Notes under the pieces: model-generated
Seen by the model: the letters and a program-made list of their open reading frames with translations, nothing else
Told to the model about the DNA's origin: nothing
Databases searched by the model: none
DNA from: Octopus sinensis
Lineage: Eukaryota
DNA: 64,000 nucleotides
Direction of reading: 5' to 3'
Assembly (NCBI RefSeq): GCF_006345805.1
Contig: NC_042997.1
Span: 76,942,001-77,006,000 of the forward strand
Part shown: positions 49,796 through 61,229 of the stretch, piece after piece
Position numbering within the stretch: position 1 is the first letter of the stretch
Layout: the number at the start of each line of letters is the position of its first letter
Made by a program: the position numbers and the translations under genes

Positions 49796-49927
49796 CCCCT
49801 TTAGCATTTAAACTGGCCATATCGGGACAAAATATTTTGTTTTATGTTCAAACCAGCCTGATTAGACCAATCACATCATTGAAATCTTGTAGCTATGAGA
49901 TAATGTATGATTATGAATGCTAAAGGG
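49796..49927. mobile_element. piggyBac-like MITE (second family)
   Basis: TTAA|CCCCTTTAGC ... GCTAAAGGG|TTAG; similar to 52068. Confidence 0.6.
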
Positions 49928-50209
49928 TTAGAAGTGATGAACTCACTAATGTCAGGTAGAAAACTTTGATCCCTTCCTCTGTTATTTATTTACATTCTGT
50001 AACATTTGTCATTAGCATCAGCCCACATGTTGCTGAATTTCTGTAAGTTATATTTTCCTTGTGTTTTTTATCCAAACTTTCTTCAAGAAATTAACTTGTC
50101 TGCCTTACACCACACATATGTGCTGGACCCCCTCTTTTGTTTCACATTTCTTTGTAGTTTTCTGTACCTCTTCAAGTCTTTGTAGCTAATAAAGAGAAGG
50201 TTATTTTAA

Positions 50210-50885
50210 TGGTGGTGGATTAGCAGAATCTTTAGAGCATCAGACAAAATACTTTGTGGAATTTACTTACTACAATTGGATTTTCAGTTCAGATCCTGCT
50301 TAGATCAACTTTGTCTTTCATCCTTTCAAGAGTCAATAAAACAAAAGTACCTGTCAAGTACTGAGATCAACGGTATCAACTAAGTCCCTCCACTCAAACT
50401 TAGTGGTCTTATGTTGCAGTCAGAAGAAATTATTATTATTATGAATAAAGAAAACAATATTGAATCGTTAGCATGCTGGACAAAATATCTAGTGGCATTC
50501 TGTCTGTCTTTATGTTCTGAGTTCAAATTTCACTGAGGTTGACTTTGTCTTTCATCCTTTTACGGTCAATAAAATAAGTACTGGTTGAACACTGGGGTTG
50601 CTGTAATTGACTAGCCACCTAATGCCAAAATTTGAAGCATTGTGCCTATTGTAGAAAGGGTTATTATTAGAATCATAACCACACTGGGCAAGCTTGCTTT
50701 GCAGCAATTCATCCATCTTTATGCTCTGTGTTCAAATTCCACTGGAGTTGATTTTACCTTCCATCCTTTCAGGGTTGATAAAATATGTACCATTTGAGTA
50801 CTGGGGTTGATGTAATCAACTAACTCCCTCCCCAAACTTGCTGGCCTTGTGCCAAAATTTGAAACTACTATTATTATTATTATTA
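50210..50885 (+). mobile_element. Three head-to-tail copies of the (ATT)n-tailed SINE
   Basis: Units ~50210-50440, ~50455-50670 and ~50680-50885, each ending in ATT repeats. Confidence 0.75.
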
Positions 50886-52067
50886 TTTGCTTACATCTCA
50901 GACAATATTATATCCAAAAACAAAGGACAAAATAAGTAATTAGGGTGTGTTTTCTGAGTAGCATACTGTACAAATACATAGAAGGAAGTATTCACAAATA
51001 CAAACATGGAGTTGTGAATGTCAGAGTTTTCCTAAATTACATTTCAGAATAATATATGTGCGTGTAGTTTCTGTTATTCATATTTGTCTCTCTGTTTGCA
51101 GTTATTAACCACCTTGTTAAGAGTATGACTTACCAGCATGTATCTTAGTGTCCACTTCATGAAGTAGTCTACTCAAAGAAGATTTCTAGTCTTTTATCAA
51201 TCTTTTATTAAAATAAATGTGTCAAATTTAAATGCTATTGTTTGTTTTATGAAGTTAGAAAAGTAATTTAAACATTACTAATCTACTTTAAAGTTTGTCT
51301 TGATAAAACTCCTGGATTTAATTAACTTTTAGATTGAGTGGGTGAAAGACACATTTTAGATTCTTAACTGTTACAACCCAAAACATCTCCCACATACATT
51401 TAAATTATGGTACTTTGAAGCTGGGTGGATTACTGAATGAAGAAATAAACTAATCCAGGAGTAAGAATATTTGTTGATGTAAGCACATTGTAGTGAAAGG
51501 TTGCCATTGATAGACAGATTGTGGTGTGAGAGAGACATTTCCATTTGACTTCCAAAAGTTCTTCAATATGAATTTAAAAAAAAAACAGAGTGATTCAAAA
51601 GTTACTCAAATATTAATACAAACTAACAAGGTCAGTTTAGCTTCTTAACCTCTGTCTTGTCTCCTCTCTGTATCCCTCCTGCACACTTCTCATCTCACCA
51701 CAGTCTTCACCCACCTCCCCATTACATTCATTAATCCCTCCCCTCAACTCAAAACTTCTGTTTACTGTACTAGCTCCAGGGTTCCAGGATAGCTGGCCTA
51801 CTACCCTGCCATTCATACAGCCAGCCACCCAAACTACTCAGAGCAGTTGAACTAACTTATACCAGGACAATTGAACATGATTATATTGTGCCAATTTTAG
51901 GACAATGATTTTTTTTTCTTGTCTCTACATTATGACATTTTTATATAATTTATAAAACAAAATTGTAAAAAAAGATATTCACAACAAAGTAGCAGAGATA
52001 ATATTAAAATATATACTAAAACAAAATTATAACAAAATAAACAATAAATATTTAATATATCATTTAA

Positions 52068-52289
52068 CCCTTTAGCGTTTAAACCGGCCATATCCGGCCA
52101 AAAGTATTTTGCTTGTTTTATGTTCAAACTGGCCATATCTGGTCTCTCACACCAACCCTACAATATCATCTTGAAAATTAACAGCTACTTCACCAAAATC
52201 TCATAGCTACAAGATATTGCATGATTAGTTCAAAACAATGTGAATAAAAAAAGCATCAATTTTGGCAGAATAATGTGAACACTAAAGGG
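52068..52289. mobile_element. piggyBac-like MITE
   Basis: TTAA|CCCTTTAG ... CTAAAGGG|TTAA. Confidence 0.75.
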
Positions 52290-52989
52290 TTAAATGCTAA
52301 AGTGATTTCTGAATCACCATTGCTGTGTTTTTTGTTTATCTATTTATTTATTCTTCACATATATTATGTTGCAACAATTTTGTATCCTTTTTTGATAATA
52401 TTTATGTCTACATAGGCAAGCTTGGAAATATCAGTTATTTTTCATTTAAACTAACTTGTTATTAATTAGGAGCTTTCAGGTTGTTTTTTTTATAATACCT
52501 ATGTACTTAGCATGCTTAAAGAAGTGGTCTTTATGTAGCTTCAGTCATATAACATCATAGACTGAAGGATAATTATTAGGAGAGGGAGATAAGATGCATA
52601 GGGATCCTTCAACATCATCAAACATTTCTAATTTCAAAAAGAGATATTATTTCATCACTAAATTAGCATTTCAAGTATTTATTTTTCCTATGCATTATAC
52701 TGAACTATGCAATTTTGATGTGCAGAAATTAAAGCATACCTTTCTAATTTAGCGATATTTTTTTTTTATCATCACCATATTTCATTGTTCTCTATAATGT
52801 TTAAGATATCTCTCTTATTTTAATATTTTAACATCATTGATTATTTCTTGCTTCCTATCATTCTTATTTATTGTTATATTTCGGAATGGTCATATTGCCA
52901 GTTTAGCCAATAAAAACACACGCACTATATATTTGGTGTTATTTTGCTTCAGTGATATTTATTTTTTACATTAATCTTAATCTTATTTC

Positions 52990-53034
52990 GGCCAAAGTTC
53001 TTTCGTCACACTCCTGTGACCGCATCAGTGGTCC
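52990..53034 (-). ncRNA. Minimal type I hammerhead, C3-G8 core (A9C in this copy)
   Basis: GGACCA-CUGAUGCG-GUCAC(AGGAGU)GUGAC-GAAA-GAACU-U-UGGCC. Confidence 0.65.
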
Positions 53035-53349
53035 TTTGTTTTCTTCTCACTTACTTGTGTCTCTCCTTACTAACCGTCAGCCATTTTGTATTTCTATTGT
53101 ATGTCTTCATTTGCGCATGCTTATATCTCTATGCGCGTCTATGTTTATTTAGTGTGTGGGGGGGGGGATGCCTGTAATATTTGTATCTTCTGGTTATATA
53201 CATTCTTGTAATTTGTATTTTGTTTTTGTTGTTGTTGCTTTTGTTCTAATTTTGTTCATGTGTTTACATCCACCCATTATTATCATTACATATGCTTGTA
53301 TGTATGTATAACAACAATATTAGTAATAATAATAATAAATCTAATCGAA

Positions 53350-53383
<34 letters not shown>

Positions 53384-53467
53384 ACAATTGAGGGTAAAAT
53401 TAATTAATTATTAATCAATTTCACCAAGTATTCAGTATGTAAAGGGACCATTATAGGCGAATTCAAA

Positions 53468-53735
53468 ATATTACATTATATATAAGGGCTTAGTAAAATA
53501 AATTACTTTGCCACATACTGAACTCATTAGAAATAGCAGCTAAAGAAATTTCTTCAGCTATTTCTAATACTTAAAGAAGATCTCTCTCAGATAGTGTTTG
53601 CCTAAACACTATCTGAGAGAGATCTTCTTTAAGTATTAGAAATAGCTGAAGAAATTTCTTTAGCTGCTATTTCTAATGAGTTCAGTATGTGGCAAAGTAA
53701 TTTATTTTACTAAGCCCTTATATATAATGTAATAT
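53468..53735. repeat. Perfect palindrome: 132-bp arms, 4-nt loop
   Basis: 53468-53599 is the exact reverse complement of 53604-53735; loop GCCT. Confidence 0.95.
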
Positions 53736-55049
53736 ATATATATATACATATATACACATATATATACATATATACACATATATATACATATATACACACA
53801 TATATACACATATACATATATATATATATACACATATACATATATATAGTTATTCATTTCTATTTCTTTAATTATCTGTGTATTTATTATGTTTGCAGGA
53901 TCCACTATCGTCATATGTTGTGGTGTGTGCTATTGCTCCATTCTAGTTTTCTATTCAGGCTAAGTTTATTTTCTATTATATGTGTAGCTTCTGTAATTTG
54001 TCTAATTGTTGCATCTGTTCTATGTGTGGACAATATCTTAATCTCTATGTTATTGATTGATCCCCCATGTTCTTGTTCGGCGTGTTGGTACAGAATCGAT
54101 GAGCTTTTACCTTCCTTGAGTTGTCTCCAATGTTCATTCACCCGCTCTCCAATGCTTCTTGCTGTTTCCCCTACGTATGTTACTGTCTTGTTACTGCATC
54201 GTCCCTCTATACATCTTATACTATAGACCACATTTCTGGCTTTACAGTTTGTTTGTGGGCTAAACCTACATACAGTGCAATAGTTATCCGTACAGAGGGT
54301 TCTTATTTATCTTTTTTCTCTAAGAATAATTTTTTATTGTGTTTTTTGCCTCATTTGTCACTTTCATGATGAAGTACTTTAAAATCCTTTCAAATTACTG
54401 TTCTTTTATAGTTTTCTTCTCATTATTTTCTACATTAATTATTTTGTCATTTGTACATGGTGATATTACTTTGGGTTTGCTTTCAAAGAAATACTTGTGA
54501 ATTGATTTGTTTCAATTGCTTTTGAAATTACATTGATTTATGATTTCCAACAGTAGTTGTTAAAATTTTAATCTCCCTATTTATTCATTCATTCATTGCA
54601 TGCCTGATTATAAACTGCTTTCTATTATTTTGCTTATTTCCAGAGTTGGTTCAAGTTTCCCTACTAAATTACAAACTTTACATTTAAGAAACCAAAGTAA
54701 TTTTGAAGAATATTAACTTTTAGAAAAGGATTTAGCCTAACATGTTATGATCCTTACCTAAGCTTCTCTATTTGTTTTTACTGCATTTTTTTTTTCTTGT
54801 TAAACCTGTGTAATTCATTCTGCTAACTGGAAATGTTTCTTTGAAATTTATACCTTTGTCTTGAATTAAGATATATAGAGATTTCTGAAGTTTCATAAAA
54901 AATGCTTGGTTAGATAGAAGAGGCTAATCTGGATTGTCAATAATTAATACCTAAAATATTAGTGCAACAACTTGTTCATTAATGACATGTTGTCAGCTGC
55001 TCTTTTTTAAACCAATACATAAATGGCTTATTTAAGTCAACATTTTAAA

Positions 55050-58010
55050 TTTTGTTGTGTCTGGGGAGAGTCATTCTCTTTTAGTGCCTTATTATTTAAC
55101 ACTCACCGGTAAAATTTCCACTTATTTCTTATTTTTATTTTCTAAAATTTTCGTTGCGTCTTGCTACCTTTTCAATAGTCTTGACTCTGTCCGTTATTTA
55201 CACTGCGTTCCCTTTTGTTTGTTTGTGCGCATGTGTGTGGGTCAGTGTGTGTGTGTGTGTGTACCTATACATGTACGTATGTATGTGTGTGTGTTTGCAT
55301 GTGTATGTATGTATATATGTGTGTGTATGCATATGTATGTGTGTGCATCTGTATGTAAGTATCCTGCATATTTATCTGCTTGCCTGTCCGTGTTTGTGTA
55401 TTTTCTATGTATGTGTGTGAGCATGTGTTTGTATATGTATGCACCTCTGTTTCCTTGTGTGTGCATATCTGTTTGTGTGTGTGTGTTATGTAACTATGTA
55501 CCATGTTTGTCTGTATGGATGTGCATCTTTATATGTGTGGATCCGTGTCTCCATATGTGTCTGTTCTTGTAACCTATGTACCTATCCGTCTGCATGTTGA
55601 TCTGTTTATTTATGCATCTAAATGCTTACATACAGAAATTTTTTTAAGAAATTAATAAAAAATAAAAAATATAACAAAATAAATAATGGTTAAAAAAAAA
55701 GCATACACACACTCACACCCACATACATACATTTATCTACCTAACAGTCCACTAACTATTCTACTCTACCTGTGTAAACTGTGGGTATGGAAGTATGGTA
55801 TTTATTGTGTATATTTCCTATCTAATATTGGGGAAGTTTCATTTATAAGGACGTACTCCCATATTTGTCTGAGTGTTGGGTCTTTTGGGTGCTTGGATAA
55901 GATGCGGATGTCAAGTTGACCCAAGTTACCTCCATGGTGGTCTTTGGCACGTTGGTAGAGTATGGAGGACTGTTTTCTGTCGTCATATTGTCTTAGATGT
56001 TCATTTATCTGTTACGCAATGCTCCTAGACGTCTCCCCTATGTACATCATGTTCATGTCCTTACAAGCACCTTCTATGCATCTTATGCTGTAAACTACAT
56101 TTTGAGTTCTACAGTTAACACCAGGGCTAATTCTACATGCCATGCAGTTATCATTGGTGCATATGGTATTCTTAAACGGGTATGTCCTACATAGTTGTGA
56201 TCTGACGGAGTTCCCTGGCTTTTCAACAATTTTAATGTTGAGTTTGATCTCCTTCAGAGCTTTTCTAAATCTACGGGCTAGTTCTCCATGAGCTTTGGCC
56301 TCTACAAACATCACTCCTTGATATTTGTCGGTTTTATACCATGTGTTTGCCCTGTTTGCTTTGTCACAAGCTCTTTGTATTCTATTTGTTTCTATATCTA
56401 GGGCAGGTACCACTGGTATCATTACGTATAATGTTATCTAATTTCTTTCTAGCCCCCCTGTATACATGAACCCTATCTTTCTGATCATATCCAGAGAACT
56501 GCATGCGGTGTATGAAGTTCTGTATATGTTTCTTCATTTCACAGGGTTCGCATAGTGGGGACACATTGTTCATTATTCTAACTAGGTCTGCTATTAGTAT
56601 GTTAATTTTCATGTTGTGTGACAAAGCTGATTTCTAGTGAACAACATATTTTCAAGTTACAGGTTTCATGTAATAAGAGTGGAGGAGCTGCACTCTATTG
56701 TTCATAGTCTCTAACCAAAGTTCAGTGTCAAGTACAGGGAGTCTATGTTAGGGTTCTTAGTGGGGTAATCTATAGTTACCTTGATACTTTGGTGAATGGA
56801 GTTAGCTATTTGCTGGATGCTCTCCATTACATTCTTCTCAGTCTCTACATTACCGTCACTAGAGTTGGTTCTAACTATTATATTAATGTCATCTACATAT
56901 CTACTGTAGAGTAGAAAATTTGTGGACTGTTCTGCTAACATTTGTTTAAATTTTCTGTCCCACCATGTCGTGAAGAGGCCAGCCACATCTCCAGCTATAC
57001 CTACACCAATGGCTGCACCTTGAACCTGCATGTATAGTTTTTTATTAAACTTTACTATGTGGTTTACTCAAGGTGGTTTTTACACTGGCCCCTATTGCAT
57101 ATGCAGTCATTTTCCTCACCTGATTGTTGTTGGGTGGGTGTGGTCCAGCCACTCCAGCGCTCTGTGGTGCTGAAGTGATGGTGGGTCGTCTACCTCTCTG
57201 TGACCTGGTGGGGCAGAATTTACTAAGGTCATGGTCATCTAAATAGTTACTGTCATAGCATAGTCTGAGGAGGAGGCCCAGTTCCCTAGTGTTGACCTTA
57301 CGGAATTCCACTTCACTCTCACAGATTGCTTGAATGCATTTCTCCACAGCAAAATCTATGTCTATAGATGGGTAGAGTGAAATTACATCCATACTACCCA
57401 CTATACAACCTGTGAGGTCGTTGGTGTGGTTGCAAGTACTGATTTTACTGAGGAGATCTTCCATACTCATACAGACATCTGGAGACATCTCTATGAGAGG
57501 TCGCAATACTTATGAGAGGAAGTAGGACAGTTGCTAGAGATGCTCGCTCTGCAAACTGGTCTGGTTGGGGGGCCCTGTGACAGGGTTTATGTAAGGTTTG
57601 TGGTCTTTGCATAACCCGTATAGTGTAGGAACATCATTGTTGGATGCCTGGAAATTGTGTGCCGTCCTTTTTGTAGGTTGGAGTATGTTGCACCACATTC
57701 CCATGTGTGCATTGAGGAGTTTTTCTACTCTTTCATGTTCTTGTGGTGCAACTTACCTCATGCTACTGATATGTTGTTGCATGGTCTGGACATAGTTCTG
57801 TGGGCTATCTACTGATAGTCTGCCAGAGTCAAGTCTATTGAAAAGGTTACAAGATGCAACGAAGAAATAAGTGGAAATTTTACCGGTGAGTGTGTTAAAT
57901 AATAAGGCACTAAAAGAGAATGACTCTCCCCAGACACAACAGAATATGCTTCAACACATGAACTCATATAAAGAATCTTGGAAACCAAATCCAAAAACGA
58001 AATTTTAAAT
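55050..58010 (-). mobile_element. Penelope-like element (possibly Naiad/Chlamys lineage), decayed RT plus GIY-YIG, with 3' pLTR and inverted 5' pLTR copy
   Basis: LYGLCKDHK, TRPVC, GSMDVISLYPSID, QGAAIG, YSRYVDD, C..DNCMAC..CRTQNVVYSIRC..YIGETSRS; 55056-55190 is the inverted homologue of 57825-57945. Confidence 0.85.
55141..55179 (-). ncRNA. Minimal type I hammerhead variant with U3-A8 core
   Basis: ACUA-UUGAAAAG-GUAGC(AAGAC)GCAAC-GAAA-AUU-U-UAGA; the 5' copy (57835-57863, +) reads UCUA and GUUAC, giving consensus stems UCUA/UAGA and GUUGC/GCAAC. Confidence 0.65.
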
Positions 58011-58230
58011 TTTATTATACTATTAATTTAGTCTGTAGCAATGGTTCTCAACTGGGTCCCATATAAGATTTGTTGTTAGTTTATGAGTAATAAATTGGTT
58101 ATACTTCTACAATACACAAAATATTTTAACAATTTTTTTAATACAATTCCTAATAATATTTAGGCCAGCCAAAGCTTGGTCAGTGGATTTGGTAAACAGA
58201 AACTGAAAGAAATATGTCGCATGCATGCAT

Positions 58231-59476
58231 GAGGGTCAGCTGAAAAGTTCATAGACTGACCAATATGCTCTCTTGGAATATGACCAAACAAGGCATATTT
58301 TTCAACATAGTCCTCATTTCAGTCCACACGCTTCTTCTATTGGTGTTGCAGTGCTTGGATTCAATTGGTAAAGAATCTTTCATCCTGTTGGTAAAAAAAA
58401 TAGCATATATGACATTGTCATCACTGCAATACTGGTTCCCAGCCAAGTATTTTTTCATGATGGGGAACAGTTGATAGTCAGATGAGACCAAATCAGGGTG
58501 ATCAACTAGTACAACGTCACAGTCACACATAGGAAACTAAGGACTTGTGTACTGGAGCATTGCCCTGCTGAAACAAGACCCTTTTTGTCAGTTTTCCTGG
58601 GCATTTGGCCTTGATAGCCTTTTGTAATTGCCACAAGTTGCTATAGTACTTTCCATTGATAGTGTGGCCACTTAGAATATCCTTGCATCTCAAAACACTG
58701 AGACTATCACCTTCCCTGCAGACAAAACAACCTTGATCTTCTTTGGAGCAGGTGAAGAGGGCTGTTTCCACTGCATCGATTGTCTTTTTGTCTCCAGCTC
58801 AAAGTGATGAAACCAACACTCACCTTAGGTTAGGAAATGTTCAAGGAAACCAGCTGGATCTGCCTCAAACAATGTCAGATTTTTCCATGATGTGATCAGC
58901 CTAGTGTGCTTTTGGTTAGATATCAGAAGACATGGCAGCCATCAAGCAGAAACCTTCATCTTGCCAAGTTCATTGTGCAAAATATTCTCAACTCTCTCAT
59001 AGAATAGGCTAATAGCATTGGCTATTTGATTTATAGTGAATAACCTGTCATCAATCCACATATGGTGAACAACATTTTCCTCAGTGGTCGCAATTACAGA
59101 ATGTCCAGACCTTGGTCATCTTCAAAAGTCTCTCTTCCTTTCCTAAATTCAGCTGTCTGCTTTTGCACTGCTTATTAAGCTGGAAACCTTCATCCCCTAA
59201 TGTAGTAACGATGTCAGTATTAATGTCTTTGGGAGAAAGGGGAAGATAAACTGTTTTTCTGCAGGTACTTGATAACCTTATGATGCTAAATTTTGTTCAT
59301 TTCCAAGAGAAGTTGCTTTTAGTTACTTTTGAAATCTTCTTTGAACAGTCAGATGTCAGTTTACCTGGAAAGAAATAATGCAGTTATTAATAAGAAGAGT
59401 TGAAATTAATGCATGCAAGATTTCACAGGTCTAGTGTCACTCCCTTATAGTCAGCTTATGAACTTTGCAGTCCCTC
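58231..59476 (-). mobile_element. Mariner DNA transposon, full-length but decayed
   Basis: TIRs GAGGGTCAGCTGAAAAGTTCATAGACTGAC / GTCAGCTTATGAACTTTGCAGTCCCTC; transposase remnants VLFQQGNAPVH (HDNARPH-like) and HPDLVSSDYQLF (YSPDLAPSDY-like). Confidence 0.85.
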
Positions 59477-59617
59477 CGTGCACATGTGTGTGTAATTGAA
59501 TGTCACCATCATGCAAGCAGTGTCATTCATTTCCAACCATCCATACAAACATGTCCATATATGTATAGATTGTTTGAAGGGGTTTACAGATTTTATATAT
59601 TAAGAAACATTAGAAAA

Positions 59618-60170
59618 ATGTAAATTAGGACTCAAATATCTAGTAAATTAACTCTTGATAATGCTTTCTGAACAATTTACTTTAATAATTTTGTTGAGTT
59701 GGAATAGTAAATGGCTAGGAAGATATGTGGCTAGTTGTTAAGTTAATTAGTTAAATGCAATCACTGCTTTGAGCATGCATATATTTATTTATACATTTAT
59801 TTATTTATTTTAAGAGAAAGAAGGTAGTCAGGGTTTGAATACAAACTATTTAGTGCTTTCTTCCCTTTGAAGGATTCATCATGAAATAATGAAATCACTT
59901 CATGATGAATCCTTCAAGAGGATGAAAGCACTAAATAAATAATTTTTATCCAAACCCTGACTACCTTCTTTCTCTTAAAATAAATAAATAAATGTATAAA
60001 TAAATATATGCATGCTCAAAGCAGTGATTGCATTTAACTAATTAACTTAACAACTAGCCACATATCTTCCTAGCCATTTACTATTCCAACTCAACAAAAT
60101 TATTAAAGTAAATTGTTCAGAAAGCATTATCAAGAGTTAATTTACTAGATTTATGAGTCCTAATTTACAT
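59618..60170. repeat. 553-bp palindrome: 220-bp outer arms (200 bp identical) around an imperfect inner hairpin
   Basis: 59638-59837 is the exact reverse complement of 59951-60150; the inner 113 bp has 13-bp and 19-bp inverted segments. Confidence 0.93.
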
Positions 60171-60759
60171 GTATAATGCACTTGCTCATACACATATCTA
60201 GTATTTCCTTCTTCAATTAGTGAAGAGAGTGTTCAATGCTAAGATAGAATTAATATATATATATATTTCAAGTTTGTAAATTCAATTTAACTTCCGTCTG
60301 AAAGTTACTCTTGGCAAGAAACTCAATGTCTCAATTTCATTTGATTTCTGAAAATGCAAAAGTATCATTCACACATGTGAACACACACAATCTTAAACGC
60401 ACACTAACTTGTTGAGTTGTATTTGTTTTAAATAATTGTTTGAGTTTAAGATTAGCCACTGATGAGTTAACAGTGTTTGAAGAAATAGAACATAGGGATA
60501 TCAAGATTTGAACTCTATTCTGATTGTCTACTTTATTTACAACCTCATAGATATATACACATGCTCGTAAGTCCATGTGGAATGACTGTGTTTAGTTGTT
60601 CTATAGGTATAATGATTGGCCTGACAATAAAGATATCTCCATAGATTTCTTTTTATTTTAGAAATATGTAGACTTATCATCTTACGCTTGTTTTTCCATA
60701 TTCGCATATTGGTTGAATGGGTATTCTCCACTACAGTATTTCACAACTTGTTGTAGTCC

Positions 60760-60950
60760 TTTGCTATCTCCTTTGTGAATTTCTGCTTTCTGAAATCAAC
60801 TTACACTATTTCTTCTCATGTCTTTCTTGATACATCACTTTTGCACGTTCTTTTGATCAGTTTGCATTTCTTCATTAAACTGTCATCCTCAATGTGTGCC
60901 ACATATCCATACAAGCATTCAGAGACCCACTTATGCCTCTTCCTCATGTC
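60760..60950 (-). mobile_element. Old RTE-like C-terminal fragment
   Basis: Decayed HIEDDSLMKKCKL..RKT motif resembles the RTE C-terminus. Confidence 0.4.
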
Positions 60951-61229
60951 TTCTGTTTCATACCTGCTAATATTTTTATTTTTATTGAATGTACATTAAT
61001 TTCTCTCTCTCATACACACACACACACATATATGACTCTAACTCAGAATATCTGAGGACATGGTCATTTTCTGCTTATACAAAACTTTAAGTGATGTTTA
61101 GCTGAGTCAATCTGTTATTAAAGTTCTACTTTTGTTTCATTTGTTCACCCACTCATTAATATATTTGGAATAATATTGGTATGAGCCCCAGAAGACCTTA
61201 GTTCAAATGAGTACCTAGTACACATTTAA

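Larger units (their letters stand above)
52840..54900 (-). mobile_element. Penelope-like element fragment (GIY-YIG, 3' UTR, HHR); palindromic insertion at 53380-53735; limits approximate
   Basis: ORF 53911-54231 VYSIRCIEGRC..TYVGETARSIGERVNEH is closely related to the 56012 endonuclease; 3' UTR with microsatellites ends in an HHR at 53034-52990. Confidence 0.7.

Noticed and set aside
51100-51165. Exon-like segment with strong splice signals on either strand
   Set aside because: Part of it (GTATCTTAGTGTCCACTT) recurs at ~7595, suggesting repeat origin; no homology.
55057-55572. 171-aa Cys/Val-rich ORF and similar H/T/Y-rich ORFs elsewhere
   Set aside because: Translation artefacts of TG/CA/TA microsatellites.
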